Shown here in pieces: positions 10,614 through 20,276 of a stretch of DNA of 43,444 bases (its first letter is position 1; every line of letters starts with the position of its first letter). Below the pieces are notes generated by a model. The model ran no database searches, was not told where the DNA came from, and saw only the letters and a list, made by a program, of their open reading frames with translations. The position numbers and the translations under genes are program-made. Source of the stretch: Limisphaerales bacterium (GTDB lineage: Bacteria; Verrucomicrobiota; Verrucomicrobiia; Limisphaerales; JAHDYP01); assembly GCA_049451415.1 (NCBI GenBank), contig JBMTVN010000003.1, forward strand, positions 1-43,444, in the 5' to 3' direction.

Positions 10614-11918
10614 ATGAAACGTCGTCCTGTTCGAAGCCCTGAGTTGAGTGCGAGTTTTTTCCGTCGGAACCGTGAGCGTTTGCGGGAGTTCTTGCCGGCA
10701 GGTTCGGTGGCCGTGCTGAATGCCAATGATGTTCTGCCGACCAATGCGGACGGCACGCTGCGGCTGCAGCCAAACTCGGATCTGTTTTATCTGTCAGGGA
10801 TCAAACAGGAGGAGTCGATCCTGGTATTGGCACCGGATGCGCATGACGAGCGGATGCGGGAGATTCTCTTCCTGCGCGAACCGAATCCGCATTTGGCGAC
10901 GTGGGAGGGGCACAAGCTGGAGCGGGCGGAGGCGCGGAAGATTTCCGGGATTTCAAATATTCAGTGGTTATCCGCATTTGGGACGGAGTTCCGACGCCTG
11001 ATGGGGGACGCTGAGCAGGTGTATTTGAACCACAACGAGCACAAGCGTGCTTCTGTGGAGGTGGAGACGCGCGAGTTGAGGTTCATCCGTGACTGCCAGC
11101 GGGAGTATCCTTTGCATGATTTCAGGCGTTTGGCTCCCTTGATGCATCGGCTGCGGGTGGTGAAGTCGCAGGAGGAAGTGGAGATGATTCGGCATGCCTG
11201 TCGTATCACTGGGAAGGCGTTTGCCCGCGTCTTGAAGAAGGTAAGGCCTGGCATCGGCGAATATGAGGTGGAGGCTGAGTTTGCCCATGAATTCATTCGG
11301 AACCGGGGGGATTTCGCATACACGCCTATCATTGCCGCCGGAGCCAACTCATGCGTCCTGCATTACCTGGAGAACAGCCGGGAATGTAAGTCGGGTGACG
11401 TGTTGTTACTGGACGTTGGGGCGAAATACGGCCTGTACAACTCCGACCTGACCCGGACCATTCCGGTGAATGGGCGGTTTAGCCGCAGGCAACGGCAGGT
11501 GTATGATGCTGTTTTGCGGGTTCAGCGGGCGATGACCTCGTCGATTGCGCCGGGGAAATTGCATCGAGACTGGCAAAAAGAGGCCGAGGCAGCGGTGGAA
11601 CGCGAGCTGATTGATCTTAAGTTACTTACCACCAGAGAGATACGTAAACAGGATCCGAATTATCCGGCCCTGAAAAAGTATTTTATGCACGGCTTGGGGC
11701 ACCCGATTGGTTTGGATGTCCATGACGTGGGTTTCATGCATGAGCCAATGGTTCCGGGCTGGGTCTTGACCGTGGAACCTGGAATCTACATTCCGGAGGA
11801 GGGCTTCGGGGTGCGGCTGGAGAACACGGTGGTGTTGAGCGAATCCGGCGTGGTGGATTTGATGGAGGATATTCCGATTGAAGCGAAGGAAATCGAGTCA
11901 CTGATGAAACGGGGTTAG
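10614..11918 (+). CDS. pepP: Xaa-Pro aminopeptidase (M24B)
   Basis: Q.SDLFYLSG, LHY, LLDVGA..Y.SDLTRT, HGLGH.IGLDVHD, TVEPGIY, GVRLEN. Confidence 0.92.
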   Translation: MKRRPVRSPELSASFFRRNRERLREFLPAGSVAVLNANDVLPTNADGTLRLQPNSDLFYLSGIKQEESILVLAPDAHDERMREILFLREPNPHLATWEGHKLERAEARKISGISNIQWLSAFGTEFRRLMGDAEQVYLNHNEHKRASVEVETRELRFIRDCQREYPLHDFRRLAPLMHRLRVVKSQEEVEMIRHACRITGKAFARVLKKVRPGIGEYEVEAEFAHEFIRNRGDFAYTPIIAAGANSCVLHYLENSRECKSGDVLLLDVGAKYGLYNSDLTRTIPVNGRFSRRQRQVYDAVLRVQRAMTSSIAPGKLHRDWQKEAEAAVERELIDLKLLTTREIRKQDPNYPALKKYFMHGLGHPIGLDVHDVGFMHEPMVPGWVLTVEPGIYIPEEGFGVRLENTVVLSESGVVDLMEDIPIEAKEIESLMKRG

Positions 11919-11953
11919 TAAGCTGGGGATTAAAATCACAGGGAGACAATAGA

Positions 11954-12718
11954 ATGAACAAAAGACTGGTCGTCTGTTGGTTATTGGTGGGCATGGCTTT
12001 GTCCGTCTGCGGGCAGAGTGTGCCCAAGGTCCTTCGAGTTGGGGTGACTCCGGATTTGCCTCCTATGGTCTACCGGCAAGGTCAGGACTATCTAGGTTTG
12101 GAGGTGGATTGTGCGCGCGCCTTGGGGGAAAGCCTGAAGCGGCCGGTGGAATTTGTTCCGCTGAAATGGGAGGATTTGATCCCGGCACTCAGCAAGGGAA
12201 AGGTGGATCTTCTGATGTCGTCCATGTCGATAACCCAAGGCCGGAGAATGCAGGTGGATTTTGCTCGTCCTTACTTGAAAGTGGGCCAGATGGCACTGGT
12301 TCGGGGAGAGGATCGTGGCAAGTATCTCCTTGGTTTCCCGGCTAGCATGTCGAATCCGATCGGCGTAAAGGGAGCAACAACGGGGGACTTTCTGGTTCGA
12401 CAGGAATGGCCCAAGGCAAAGAGGAAGAGCTACAGGACTGGGGACGATGCTGCTAAAGCGTTGTTAAAGAAGAAGATAGATCTTTTTGTGGCGGATGCGA
12501 CCTTGATCTGGTGGCTGGCAGGAACGTATGAAGCCCAAGGTCTGGCGTCGTTGCCTTTCCTGCTGAGCGAGGAAGATCTGGCTTGGGGTGTCAGGAAGGG
12601 GGATATAGCGTTATTGGAGTCGGTGAACCAGTTTCTGCAGGAGATCCAGGCCGATGGAAGGTTCGAGTCGATCCTGCGTCGATGGCTACCGCAGGCTCCA
12701 TCGGGTCGGGCGAATTGA
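11954..12718 (+). CDS. Amino-acid ABC transporter-type substrate-binding protein (SBP family 3), orphan
   Basis: Signal peptide, LRVG..PD.PP, G.EVD, WEDLIPAL..GKVD, DF..PY, DG...IL.RW. Confidence 0.85.
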   Translation: MNKRLVVCWLLVGMALSVCGQSVPKVLRVGVTPDLPPMVYRQGQDYLGLEVDCARALGESLKRPVEFVPLKWEDLIPALSKGKVDLLMSSMSITQGRRMQVDFARPYLKVGQMALVRGEDRGKYLLGFPASMSNPIGVKGATTGDFLVRQEWPKAKRKSYRTGDDAAKALLKKKIDLFVADATLIWWLAGTYEAQGLASLPFLLSEEDLAWGVRKGDIALLESVNQFLQEIQADGRFESILRRWLPQAPSGRAN

Positions 12719-12762
12719 GGTGCTTGGGGTGAATGGACTTTGCGTAGAACTTCCCAAGAGCA

Positions 12763-12941
12763 GGTGAACAGCAGGTGAATAATTCAGGACTTATACACAG
12801 AGTGCTGAGAAAGGGGTAGATGTTTGAAGAAATGAGGCTAGATATTGGAGCAATGAAACTTTTGTAACTCGTTGGGGCGACCTTGACAGTGAAGATTCTT
12901 TGCCTTATCCACAGCCCTTAATAAGAGTCTTTTCCTTTCTT
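12763..12941. promoter_or_regulatory. DnaA-box cluster / candidate replication origin or DnaA-regulated dnaN promoter
   Basis: TTATCCACA (12905-12913), TTATACACA (12791-12799), reverse TTATTCACC (12774-12782); AT-rich; TTGACA at 12883. Confidence 0.6.
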
Positions 12942-12967
12942 GAAGAGAGTACCATATTAGGCCGTTC

Positions 12968-14074
12968 ATGAAACTAACCGTAGCCAAAGAGCAGCTCTTG
13001 AACGGGCTGCAGTCCGTTCAGAATGTGGTCAGTTCAAGGACGACACTTCCCATCCTGTCCAACGTATTGCTACGTGCCGGGGAAGGTCGTTTGGATCTGA
13101 CTGCTACGGACCTAGATGTGACGATTTCCAGTGCGGTTGCTGCGGAGGTCAAGAAGGAGGGGACGATTACCCTGCCCGTGAAGAAGCTGGTGAGCATTGT
13201 GCGTGAGCTTGGGGAGGGAGACATTGATCTTGAGGTGGACGAGAAGAACGGCTGCAAGATCAAGGCTGGTGGTTCCTATTACCGCATGAACGGGCTGGCG
13301 GCTGAGGAATTTCCTCCTCTCCCCAAGTTCAACGAGAGTCGCAGCCTGACGATTGCCCAGGAAACCCTGAAGGGGATGCTGCGGAGGACTTCTTTTGCTG
13401 TCTCGACCGATGAGACACGTTATGTGCTGAACGGCATTTTCTTCAGCTTCAAGGAGCACAAGTTCACGATGGTGGCGACTGATGGACGTCGGTTGGCGCT
13501 TACCGATGAGGATGTGGATTTTGGGGATAGTGCGGTGGAGTTTATTGTGCCCACCAAGGCGATCAACGAGCTGAACCGCTTGTTGCAGGCTGCGGGTGAG
13601 GTGGAAGTGAGCGTCACTGAGAATCAGGCCTCCTTTGAAATCAAGGCTGAGGGCGATCTGAACACCCTGGTGATTACGAAGCTGGTTGAGGGGAACTATC
13701 CGAATTATCGACAGGTTATTCCCGGTGAGGCGGGTGAACGGATTGCGCTGGTACGTGAGGAGTTGCTGCAGGCTTTGCGGCGGGCGGAGATCATGACCAG
13801 CGAGAAATCGAACTCCGTGAAGCTGGCTTTCACCAAGAACAACCTTTCCATCACGGCCAACACGCCTGACGTGGGAGAATCCCGTGAGAGCCTGGCAGTG
13901 AACTACAAGGGGAACGACATCGCCATTGCCTTTAATCCGGCCTACATGATGGATCCGCTCAAGGCCCTGGACCACGACGAGGTGTTTCTGGAGCTGACGG
14001 ATGAGCTGAGCCCCGGGGTGATTCGGACGAACGGGCCGTTTTTGTATGTCATCATGCCGATGCGCATGAGTTAA
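12968..14074 (+). CDS. dnaN: DNA polymerase III beta sliding clamp
   Basis: TTLPILSNVLL, ATDLD, DETRYVLNG, VATDGRRL, EGNYPNY, IAFNP.Y, YVIMPMR. Confidence 0.97.
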   Translation: MKLTVAKEQLLNGLQSVQNVVSSRTTLPILSNVLLRAGEGRLDLTATDLDVTISSAVAAEVKKEGTITLPVKKLVSIVRELGEGDIDLEVDEKNGCKIKAGGSYYRMNGLAAEEFPPLPKFNESRSLTIAQETLKGMLRRTSFAVSTDETRYVLNGIFFSFKEHKFTMVATDGRRLALTDEDVDFGDSAVEFIVPTKAINELNRLLQAAGEVEVSVTENQASFEIKAEGDLNTLVITKLVEGNYPNYRQVIPGEAGERIALVREELLQALRRAEIMTSEKSNSVKLAFTKNNLSITANTPDVGESRESLAVNYKGNDIAIAFNPAYMMDPLKALDHDEVFLELTDELSPGVIRTNGPFLYVIMPMRMS

Positions 14075-14195
14075 GGATGGGCGATTTGAGGGCAACTGGC
14101 ATGGGTATTGTCTCCCTGTAATTTTTCCTGTGTCTGCTGGAGAGCATAGCCCGGTGTTGCCGACGAGGCCTTCGGGTTTATCGGGGTGGGGAGCG

Positions 14196-14717
14196 ATGGG
14201 GCCGACTGCCCGGATGGGTCTCATTGCCCTGGTGGTTTTGGTTTTTGATCAGCTGACCAAACTGGCGGTATTGCGCTGGCTGGGTCCGACGGATGAGAAG
14301 GTTGTAGTGGAGGGATTTTTCCGTCTGGTGCACTGGACCAATCGTGGCGCAGCGTGGAGTCTTTTCAACGAAGCATCGCGCAGCAACATGTGGCTCGGCT
14401 TGTTTGCCTTGGTGGCTTTGGTCGTGCTCTATGTGAGCCGTCGTCATTTTGATGTTCACACTTTGGGTGGGCAGTTTTCGTTGGGACTGATTTTCGGGGG
14501 CATTATTGGGAACCTGACAGACCGGTTTTTTCAGGGTCATGTCATTGACTTCCTTTACTTTTATCTGGAGCGACGCGGGGGTCGGGAGCTGGGTTTTCCG
14601 GCTTTTAACGTGGCAGATGTAGCGATTTGTACCGGGGTGGGCCTGGTTTTTCTCATGTCGTGGCAGAAGGAGGAGAAAGAGGACGCCAAAGTAGAGAAGG
14701 ACGAAGCTGGGGGTTGA
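14196..14717 (+). CDS. lspA: Lipoprotein signal peptidase II
   Basis: DQLTK, N.GAAWS, GGIIGNLTDR, VIDFL, FPAFNVAD; start uncertain (14130 GTG, 14196 or 14214 ATG). Confidence 0.93.
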   Translation: MGPTARMGLIALVVLVFDQLTKLAVLRWLGPTDEKVVVEGFFRLVHWTNRGAAWSLFNEASRSNMWLGLFALVALVVLYVSRRHFDVHTLGGQFSLGLIFGGIIGNLTDRFFQGHVIDFLYFYLERRGGRELGFPAFNVADVAICTGVGLVFLMSWQKEEKEDAKVEKDEAGG

Positions 14718-14732
14718 GTGTTCTGATATCAG

Positions 14733-15701
14733 GTGAAGCTGCAGCGTATTGAATCGGGTATTTGGATTGGAGGGGAGACGGCCAGTGGCAAGAGTGCGGT
14801 GGCTTTGGCGCTGGCTGAGGAGATTGGCGGGGAGGTGGTGAGTGTGGATTCCATGCAGGTTTACCGTGGACTGGATGTTGGGACGGCGAAGCCCGGTGTG
14901 GAGGAAAGGGGGAGAATCCGGCATCACTTACTGGATGTGGTGGGATTGGAGCAGGAGTTCAATGTGGCGGACTTTTGTTCGGGCGCGAGGAGTTGTATCC
15001 AGGACATCCTGAGTCGGGGGGCTATTCCAGTCTTATGTGGAGGGACCGGGCTCTATTTTAAGGCTTTATTGGGTGGTATAGGCAGTGCTCCCGAATCGGA
15101 TCGTCAGATGAGGCGGGAGCTGGAAGCAACGCCCCTGCCCTCGCTGGTGGAGGAGTTGAGGGAGAAGGATCCTGAGACGTATCAGAGAATTGATTTGAAG
15201 AATCCGCGTCGGGTTTATCGGGCTGTGGAGATTTTGCGGATGACAGGCACTGGCGCCGTTCGGCACCGTTCCAGCTGGGATCAGGCCGATGTTAATCTGC
15301 CGCCCTTTTTCGCGCTGAGGCGCGAACCGGAAGATTTGAAGCAACGCATCCGGCAGAGAGTAGACCGTATGTTTGCTGCAGGCCTGGTCGAGGAGACACG
15401 CCGCCTGCTGGGTGAGGGGTTGGAGGGAAACCGGGTAGCCATGCAGGCGATCGGATATCGTCAGGTGGTGGAGCATCTGCGGGGGGAGCGGGACCTGGAA
15501 TCGACCATGGATTCAGTGAAGAAGCGGACGTGGCAATTTGCGCGTCGCCAGAGGAACTGGTTTGACCGTCAGTTGCCGGCACAGCGCGTGGATGTGAGGC
15601 GGGATGAGCCAGTTTCCGAGACCCTGCAACGGATATTGCAACGGATCAGAGAAACCGACGTTAGTCACGGATATGAGGAGAGGATGACCAGTCCAATATG
15701 A
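14733..15701 (+). CDS. miaA: tRNA dimethylallyltransferase
   Basis: GETASGKS, DSMQVYRGLDVGTAKP, GGTGLY, QAIGYRQ, FARRQ.NWF. Confidence 0.95.
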   Translation: MKLQRIESGIWIGGETASGKSAVALALAEEIGGEVVSVDSMQVYRGLDVGTAKPGVEERGRIRHHLLDVVGLEQEFNVADFCSGARSCIQDILSRGAIPVLCGGTGLYFKALLGGIGSAPESDRQMRRELEATPLPSLVEELREKDPETYQRIDLKNPRRVYRAVEILRMTGTGAVRHRSSWDQADVNLPPFFALRREPEDLKQRIRQRVDRMFAAGLVEETRRLLGEGLEGNRVAMQAIGYRQVVEHLRGERDLESTMDSVKKRTWQFARRQRNWFDRQLPAQRVDVRRDEPVSETLQRILQRIRETDVSHGYEERMTSPI

Positions 15702-16987
15702 AGTCGTTGGTAGATAATTCCCTAAAGAAGACAGAGCGCGTGTTTCTCGTCGGGATTGACCTGCGCTCGAGGGTTGGGTTGTCGACGGACGAGTGTCTGG
15801 ATGAGCTGGCCGCCCTGACTGGCAGTGCGGGTGGACAGGTGATGGGGCGGGGTCGGCAACGTCTGGATCAGCCGGTGGCGGCGACGTTTATCGGCACCGG
15901 GAAGGCTCAGGAATTGGCGGGTGTGTGCAAGGAGCGGGAGGTCGACACAGTCATTTTTGATGACGAACTGACTCCAGCCCAGACGAGGAATCTGGAGGGG
16001 ATTTTCGAGTGCAAGGTTTTGGATCGGACCTCGTTGATTCTGGATATTTTTGCCCAGCGCGCCAGGACACGTGAGGGAAAGCTGCAGATTGAGTTGGCGC
16101 AGATGCAGTATCTGCTTCCGAGATTGACGCGGTTCTGGACCCACTTGTCGCGGCAGAAGGGTGGCATTGGGATGCGTGGTGATGGGGAAACGCAGCTTGA
16201 GACCGACCGCCGCCGGGTGCAGGAAAGGATAGATCGTCTTAACCGCGAGTTGGACGAGGTGCGGAAGCAGCGTTCCACGCAGCGGGCGGGTCGACGCCGG
16301 CATGCCTGGCCGTTGGCCTCGATCGTGGGTTACACCAATGCGGGGAAGTCGACGTTGTTGAATGCGTTGACGGGGTCCCAGGTGATGGCGGAGGACAAGC
16401 TGTTTGCCACGCTGGATCCCACGACCAGGCGGCTTCATCTGCCCACGAACCAGGACATTCTTCTTTCGGACACCGTGGGTTTTATTCGCAAGCTGCCGCA
16501 TGGGTTGGTGGAGGCTTTCAAGGCGACCTTGGAGGAGGTGGTTTTGGCGGATCTCTTGTTGCACGTGGTGGATGTGAGTCATCCGGGGTGTGAGGAGCAG
16601 ATGCGGGCCGTGGACGAGGTATTGGCGGAGTTGGGTGCGGAGGACAAGGCTACCCTGCTGGTCTTTAACAAGGCGGATCAGGTGATGGATGAGGGGGCTC
16701 TGCGTCTTTGGCTGGAGAAGTATCCCGGTTCCCTGGCGGTCTCGGCGCGCACGGGAGAGGGTTTTCATGATCTTTTGTCGGAGCTGGGGGCGCGGATACG
16801 GCCCGAGCGGGATCAATTGGATCTGGATATTCCCCATGAGATGCCAGCGGTATTGGCTCGGGCCTACGCGGTCGGGCAGGTGTTGAAACTGCATCATGGG
16901 GACGGAGTGACCAGGATTCGCCTGTGCGTTCCGCCACACTTGCAGAACGAGTTCGAACCCTATCGGGTGGACGTAGCTTCAGACTGA
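15698..16987 (+). CDS. hflX: Ribosome-splitting GTPase HflX
   Basis: LILDIFAQRARTREGKLQIELAQ, GYTNAGKSTL, LFATLDPT, DTVGF, NKAD. Confidence 0.96.
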   Translation: MKSLVDNSLKKTERVFLVGIDLRSRVGLSTDECLDELAALTGSAGGQVMGRGRQRLDQPVAATFIGTGKAQELAGVCKEREVDTVIFDDELTPAQTRNLEGIFECKVLDRTSLILDIFAQRARTREGKLQIELAQMQYLLPRLTRFWTHLSRQKGGIGMRGDGETQLETDRRRVQERIDRLNRELDEVRKQRSTQRAGRRRHAWPLASIVGYTNAGKSTLLNALTGSQVMAEDKLFATLDPTTRRLHLPTNQDILLSDTVGFIRKLPHGLVEAFKATLEEVVLADLLLHVVDVSHPGCEEQMRAVDEVLAELGAEDKATLLVFNKADQVMDEGALRLWLEKYPGSLAVSARTGEGFHDLLSELGARIRPERDQLDLDIPHEMPAVLARAYAVGQVLKLHHGDGVTRIRLCVPPHLQNEFEPYRVDVASD

Positions 16988-17043
16988 CGAAGTTTTGCTT
17001 TTCGCGGGGAGCGGGCTTGTGGCGTAATGTCGTCCACAAGGAG

Positions 17044-17754
17044 ATGATGGATTCCCTGCGGATGAAGGACATGGTGGTCTCTGACCGTCCCCGAGAGCGG
17101 CTTTTGCGGGAGGGTCAGGAGGTTTTATCCAACAGCGAACTGCTGGCGATTTTGCTGCGTACTGGGACCAAGGGTTCCTCGGCCTTGCAGGTTGCGCAGG
17201 CGGTTCTACAACGTGCAGGTGGTCTTGAGCCGTTGACGCGGGAGACTGTGGAGGGGTTGTGCACCGTGCCAGGGGTAGGTCCGGACAAGGCGGTGACCGT
17301 GATCGCGGCGCTGACGCTGGCGAGGCGGTTGGCGCGGGAGTCTGCAGCTGAGGCGCCATTACTGGATACGCCGGAGCGTGTGGTGGAGTTGTTGCGCGAG
17401 GAGAACCGAGCTTATGAGGTGGAGCAGCTGCAGGTGGTCTTGGTGAACACCCGCAGGCGGTTGCTGCGGGTGGAGCGGCTGGCCAGTGGCACGCTGGATA
17501 CCCTGCTGGTGCATCCGCGAGAGGTATTCCGGAGTGCGATTGCCGGCGGAGCGGCTGCGCTGATCCTGGTGCATAACCATCCCAGCGGAGATCCCACGCC
17601 CTCGGAGGCGGATATCCGGGTGACCCGGGATATAATTCGGGGCGGACAACTATTGAAAATAGAAGTGTTGGACCACATCATCCTCGGGCGTCGCGTGGCG
17701 GAGAGGGAGCGCGATTATGTGTCGCTGCGTGAACTGGGCTATTTTTATAGCTGA
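17044..17754 (+). CDS. radC: RadC/JAB-domain protein (UPF0758)
   Basis: RPRERL, ELLAILLRTG, VHPREVF, HNHPSGDPTPSEAD, LDHII; AAGGAG just upstream (start 17044 or 17047). Confidence 0.93.
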   Translation: MMDSLRMKDMVVSDRPRERLLREGQEVLSNSELLAILLRTGTKGSSALQVAQAVLQRAGGLEPLTRETVEGLCTVPGVGPDKAVTVIAALTLARRLARESAAEAPLLDTPERVVELLREENRAYEVEQLQVVLVNTRRRLLRVERLASGTLDTLLVHPREVFRSAIAGGAAALILVHNHPSGDPTPSEADIRVTRDIIRGGQLLKIEVLDHIILGRRVAERERDYVSLRELGYFYS

Positions 17755-17785
17755 ATAACTAACCAAGCTTTAGCTGGACCTGATT

Positions 17786-18607
17786 ATGATCCATCCGACT
17801 GCAATCATTCATCCGAAGGCGGAGGTGGACTCGACCGTGGAGGTGGGGCCTTACGCGATTATCGAGGAGGGAGTCGTGGTGGGGGCGAACTGCAAGGTAG
17901 GCCCTTATGTGCATCTGAGCGGCGTGACTCACATTGGTGAAGGGAACATCTTTCATCCGGGTGCAGTCATCGGAAATATCCCGCAGGATTTGAAATATCG
18001 GGGTGCGCCGTCGAGGACGGTCATTGGTGACCGGAACTCATTCCGGGAACATGTGACGGTGAACCGGGCTACGGATGAGACAGAGGATACCGTAATCGGT
18101 TCGCAGAATTTGCTCATGGCCGGGGCGCATGTGGGCCACAACACGCGGATCGGCAACCAGTGCATCATCGCCAACGGCACGTTGCTTGGCGGCCATGTGG
18201 ACATTCAGGATCGGGCAGTGATCTCCGGTTGCTGTCTGGTACATCAATTTGTCCGGATCGGGACGTTTGCCATGATGCAAGGGGGTGCAGCCATCAGCAT
18301 GGATCTGCCGCCTTTTGTGATGGCTCGCGGGCCCAACGCGATCTGCGGCCTCAACGTGGTGGGACTGCGCCGGGCCGGTGTGAGTAGTGAAGAACGCACG
18401 GAATTGCGTCGGCTCTACCGTTTTCTATTCCGCGGCGATCTGGGCCTGACGGCGGCGGTCACCCAGGCCAGAGGTCAATTCAAGGGCGAGTTGTCCGTGA
18501 AGATGCTGGATTTTATTGCTGGTGCCAAACGCGGTATCCCGGCCGATGTTGGTCGGGACCGGCGTACTGCCCGGCGGGAGGACGCGTCTGAAGAAGGTGG
18601 TGAGTAG
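17786..18607 (+). CDS. lpxA: Acyl-ACP--UDP-N-acetylglucosamine O-acyltransferase
   Basis: IHPTAIIHP, PQDLKY, REHVTVNR, AHVGH, GGHV, VHQFVRIG, GLNVVGLRR. Confidence 0.9.
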   Translation: MIHPTAIIHPKAEVDSTVEVGPYAIIEEGVVVGANCKVGPYVHLSGVTHIGEGNIFHPGAVIGNIPQDLKYRGAPSRTVIGDRNSFREHVTVNRATDETEDTVIGSQNLLMAGAHVGHNTRIGNQCIIANGTLLGGHVDIQDRAVISGCCLVHQFVRIGTFAMMQGGAAISMDLPPFVMARGPNAICGLNVVGLRRAGVSSEERTELRRLYRFLFRGDLGLTAAVTQARGQFKGELSVKMLDFIAGAKRGIPADVGRDRRTARREDASEEGGE

Positions 18608-18886
18608 GGGTGGAAGGCGGTAAGTCAGTGGATCGGTATGGCAGTTCAGTCAGGAGCGGCTGGCGCCGCGCATAGCATCCTTTCTGCTCTCGACGTGCGC
18701 GTATTGGCTGCCGCGTTACTGCCACCGCAGGATGAAAGTCAGGGACGCCGCACCGCGTCGTGGCCGAAGAGGCCTTGTCCAGGTCTGCCAAGCCATTCCC
18801 TAAGCGTTTTCCCACGGGGAACCGATCATCCCCTTCCCTGCCCGATCCATTGCTACGGCTGTCCCTTGGGAGAATCCAAGCGTGCC

Positions 18887-18922
18887 AAAGAAAAACCCCG
18901 ACCGGATGCCCGGTCGGGGTTT
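18887..18922 (-). terminator. Rho-independent terminator of the porin gene
   Basis: Perfect 13-bp stem AAACCCCGACCGG/CCGGTCGGGGTTT with a 4-nt loop, U-tract on the minus strand, about 22 bp after the porin stop. Confidence 0.85.
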
Positions 18923-18944
18923 AGTGATTCTAAGCGCCTACACC

Positions 18945-20120
18945 TTAGAACATGTAAACCATGTTCGCCATGAGGGTGATGGCGTTGTCGTCTTCACGAC
19001 CGAAGGGCCTGCTGTCGTCCAAGGCAGTGTCCCAGCGGAGCTCGAGACGGGTGAGAACGTTGGCCCACAGCTGGTAGTCGAGCGTGCCGGTAACGGCGAA
19101 CAACTCGTCAGCTTTGTCATTCACCGTCAAACCACCGGTGTTGAGACCGCCGCTGCTCCAGATACCGTCGGAACCACGGGTGTAGTCCAGACGAGCATTC
19201 AAGGTGATTTTCTCGGTTGCAGCGAACGAGGCGTAGCCGGCCAGAGCCCAAACGTAGCTCTCGGAGGCGGTGTCCTGGTAATCGAACGCACCACCGACAG
19301 AGAAGCCCTCGAGGCCGGTCAACAGGTTGAAGCCGGCGTAGAAGTTGTTGGCGTAAGTCGCGGGTCCACCGTTACCGGCCAGATCGCCACCGACGGCGCC
19401 GACGGTGAAGCTGGAACCCGAGAGGGCACCCCAGCTATCGGGGGCGGTCACGGACAGCGCGCCGAGGAAAGCCAGGTAGCCTTTGTCGTTCGGACCGCGG
19501 GTGTTCACACCAGCGATATGCGTATTCGCTACACCGCCGGTGAAGGAGATCGCCTCGGTGATCTGGTAGGATCCCGTGACACCGGTTTGCTGGGTCGGCT
19601 CAATCTGCCAGCCGTAGGAAATACCGAAGTTCGGGTTGGCGTAAACGTCGAAGCCTTCGTATCCGATGATGGTGTTTTGCACACCAACTTTGACGTCGAG
19701 GCCGTTGCCCACGGGAACCAGGAGGTTCACATAGGCTTGTTTGATGGCGACTTCGGCATTGGCGCCCCCGAGGACGGGGTTGTAGGCGACGGCATCCGGG
19801 CCGAAGAGCAGGTCGACCTGGTAGCCGGCAGCCCAAAGATCCTCATCGCTGAGGGCTTTGCCGACGCTGATCGCTGCGACGTTGAGATTGAAGCCCTGCA
19901 TCTTGTCGATGTCGTCGTTGAAGCGACCGGGCATGTTCATACCGGTTTCGCCGGTACCGCCGAGTTTCCAGCCAGCGCCGGCGCTGACGTAACCGGACAG
20001 GGTGGTGGATGAAACGGACGTGAGCACTTGGCTCATCGCCTGTTCTTCCGCGTGGGTGAGAGATCCGAGGCTGACGAGGCCGACAGAGGCCAGGGCCAGG
20101 GTCCAATGATGTTGCTTCAT
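18945..20120 (-). CDS. Outer-membrane beta-barrel protein (putative porin, BBP2/DUF1597-like)
   Basis: Signal peptide, TTLSGYV, IKQAYV, IGYE..D...NPN, alternating beta strands, C-terminal aromatic YMF; AGGAGG RBS; strongly biased codons. Confidence 0.85.
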   Translation of the reverse strand: MKQHHWTLALASVGLVSLGSLTHAEEQAMSQVLTSVSSTTLSGYVSAGAGWKLGGTGETGMNMPGRFNDDIDKMQGFNLNVAAISVGKALSDEDLWAAGYQVDLLFGPDAVAYNPVLGGANAEVAIKQAYVNLLVPVGNGLDVKVGVQNTIIGYEGFDVYANPNFGISYGWQIEPTQQTGVTGSYQITEAISFTGGVANTHIAGVNTRGPNDKGYLAFLGALSVTAPDSWGALSGSSFTVGAVGGDLAGNGGPATYANNFYAGFNLLTGLEGFSVGGAFDYQDTASESYVWALAGYASFAATEKITLNARLDYTRGSDGIWSSGGLNTGGLTVNDKADELFAVTGTLDYQLWANVLTRLELRWDTALDDSRPFGREDDNAITLMANMVYMF

Positions 20121-20276
20121 GTGTTGGTTCCTCCTGCTTGCAGTTTGGTTCGCTGTTTTACTTTTTTATTTAAGGGCCAGAACTAGCTGGACCACACCCA
20201 AAGAGGTGCAATGGGCGCGAACATAAGTGCGACCTAAACTGTTGACAACAAGTTTTTTCAGGGCTGAGAAGGGGGT

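Noticed and set aside
13112-16939. Long minus-strand ORFs (370, 249 and 405 aa) opposite dnaN, lspA/miaA and hflX
   Set aside because: Antisense shadows with no recognisable motifs; common in high-GC DNA
17044-17754. radC as a marker of a mobile or anti-defence island
   Set aside because: Full-length chromosomal type with N-terminal HhH region, embedded among housekeeping genes; no integrase or att sites
18882-20012. 376-aa + strand ORF
   Set aside because: Antisense shadow of the porin gene, which has an RBS, signal peptide and terminator; explained by codon bias
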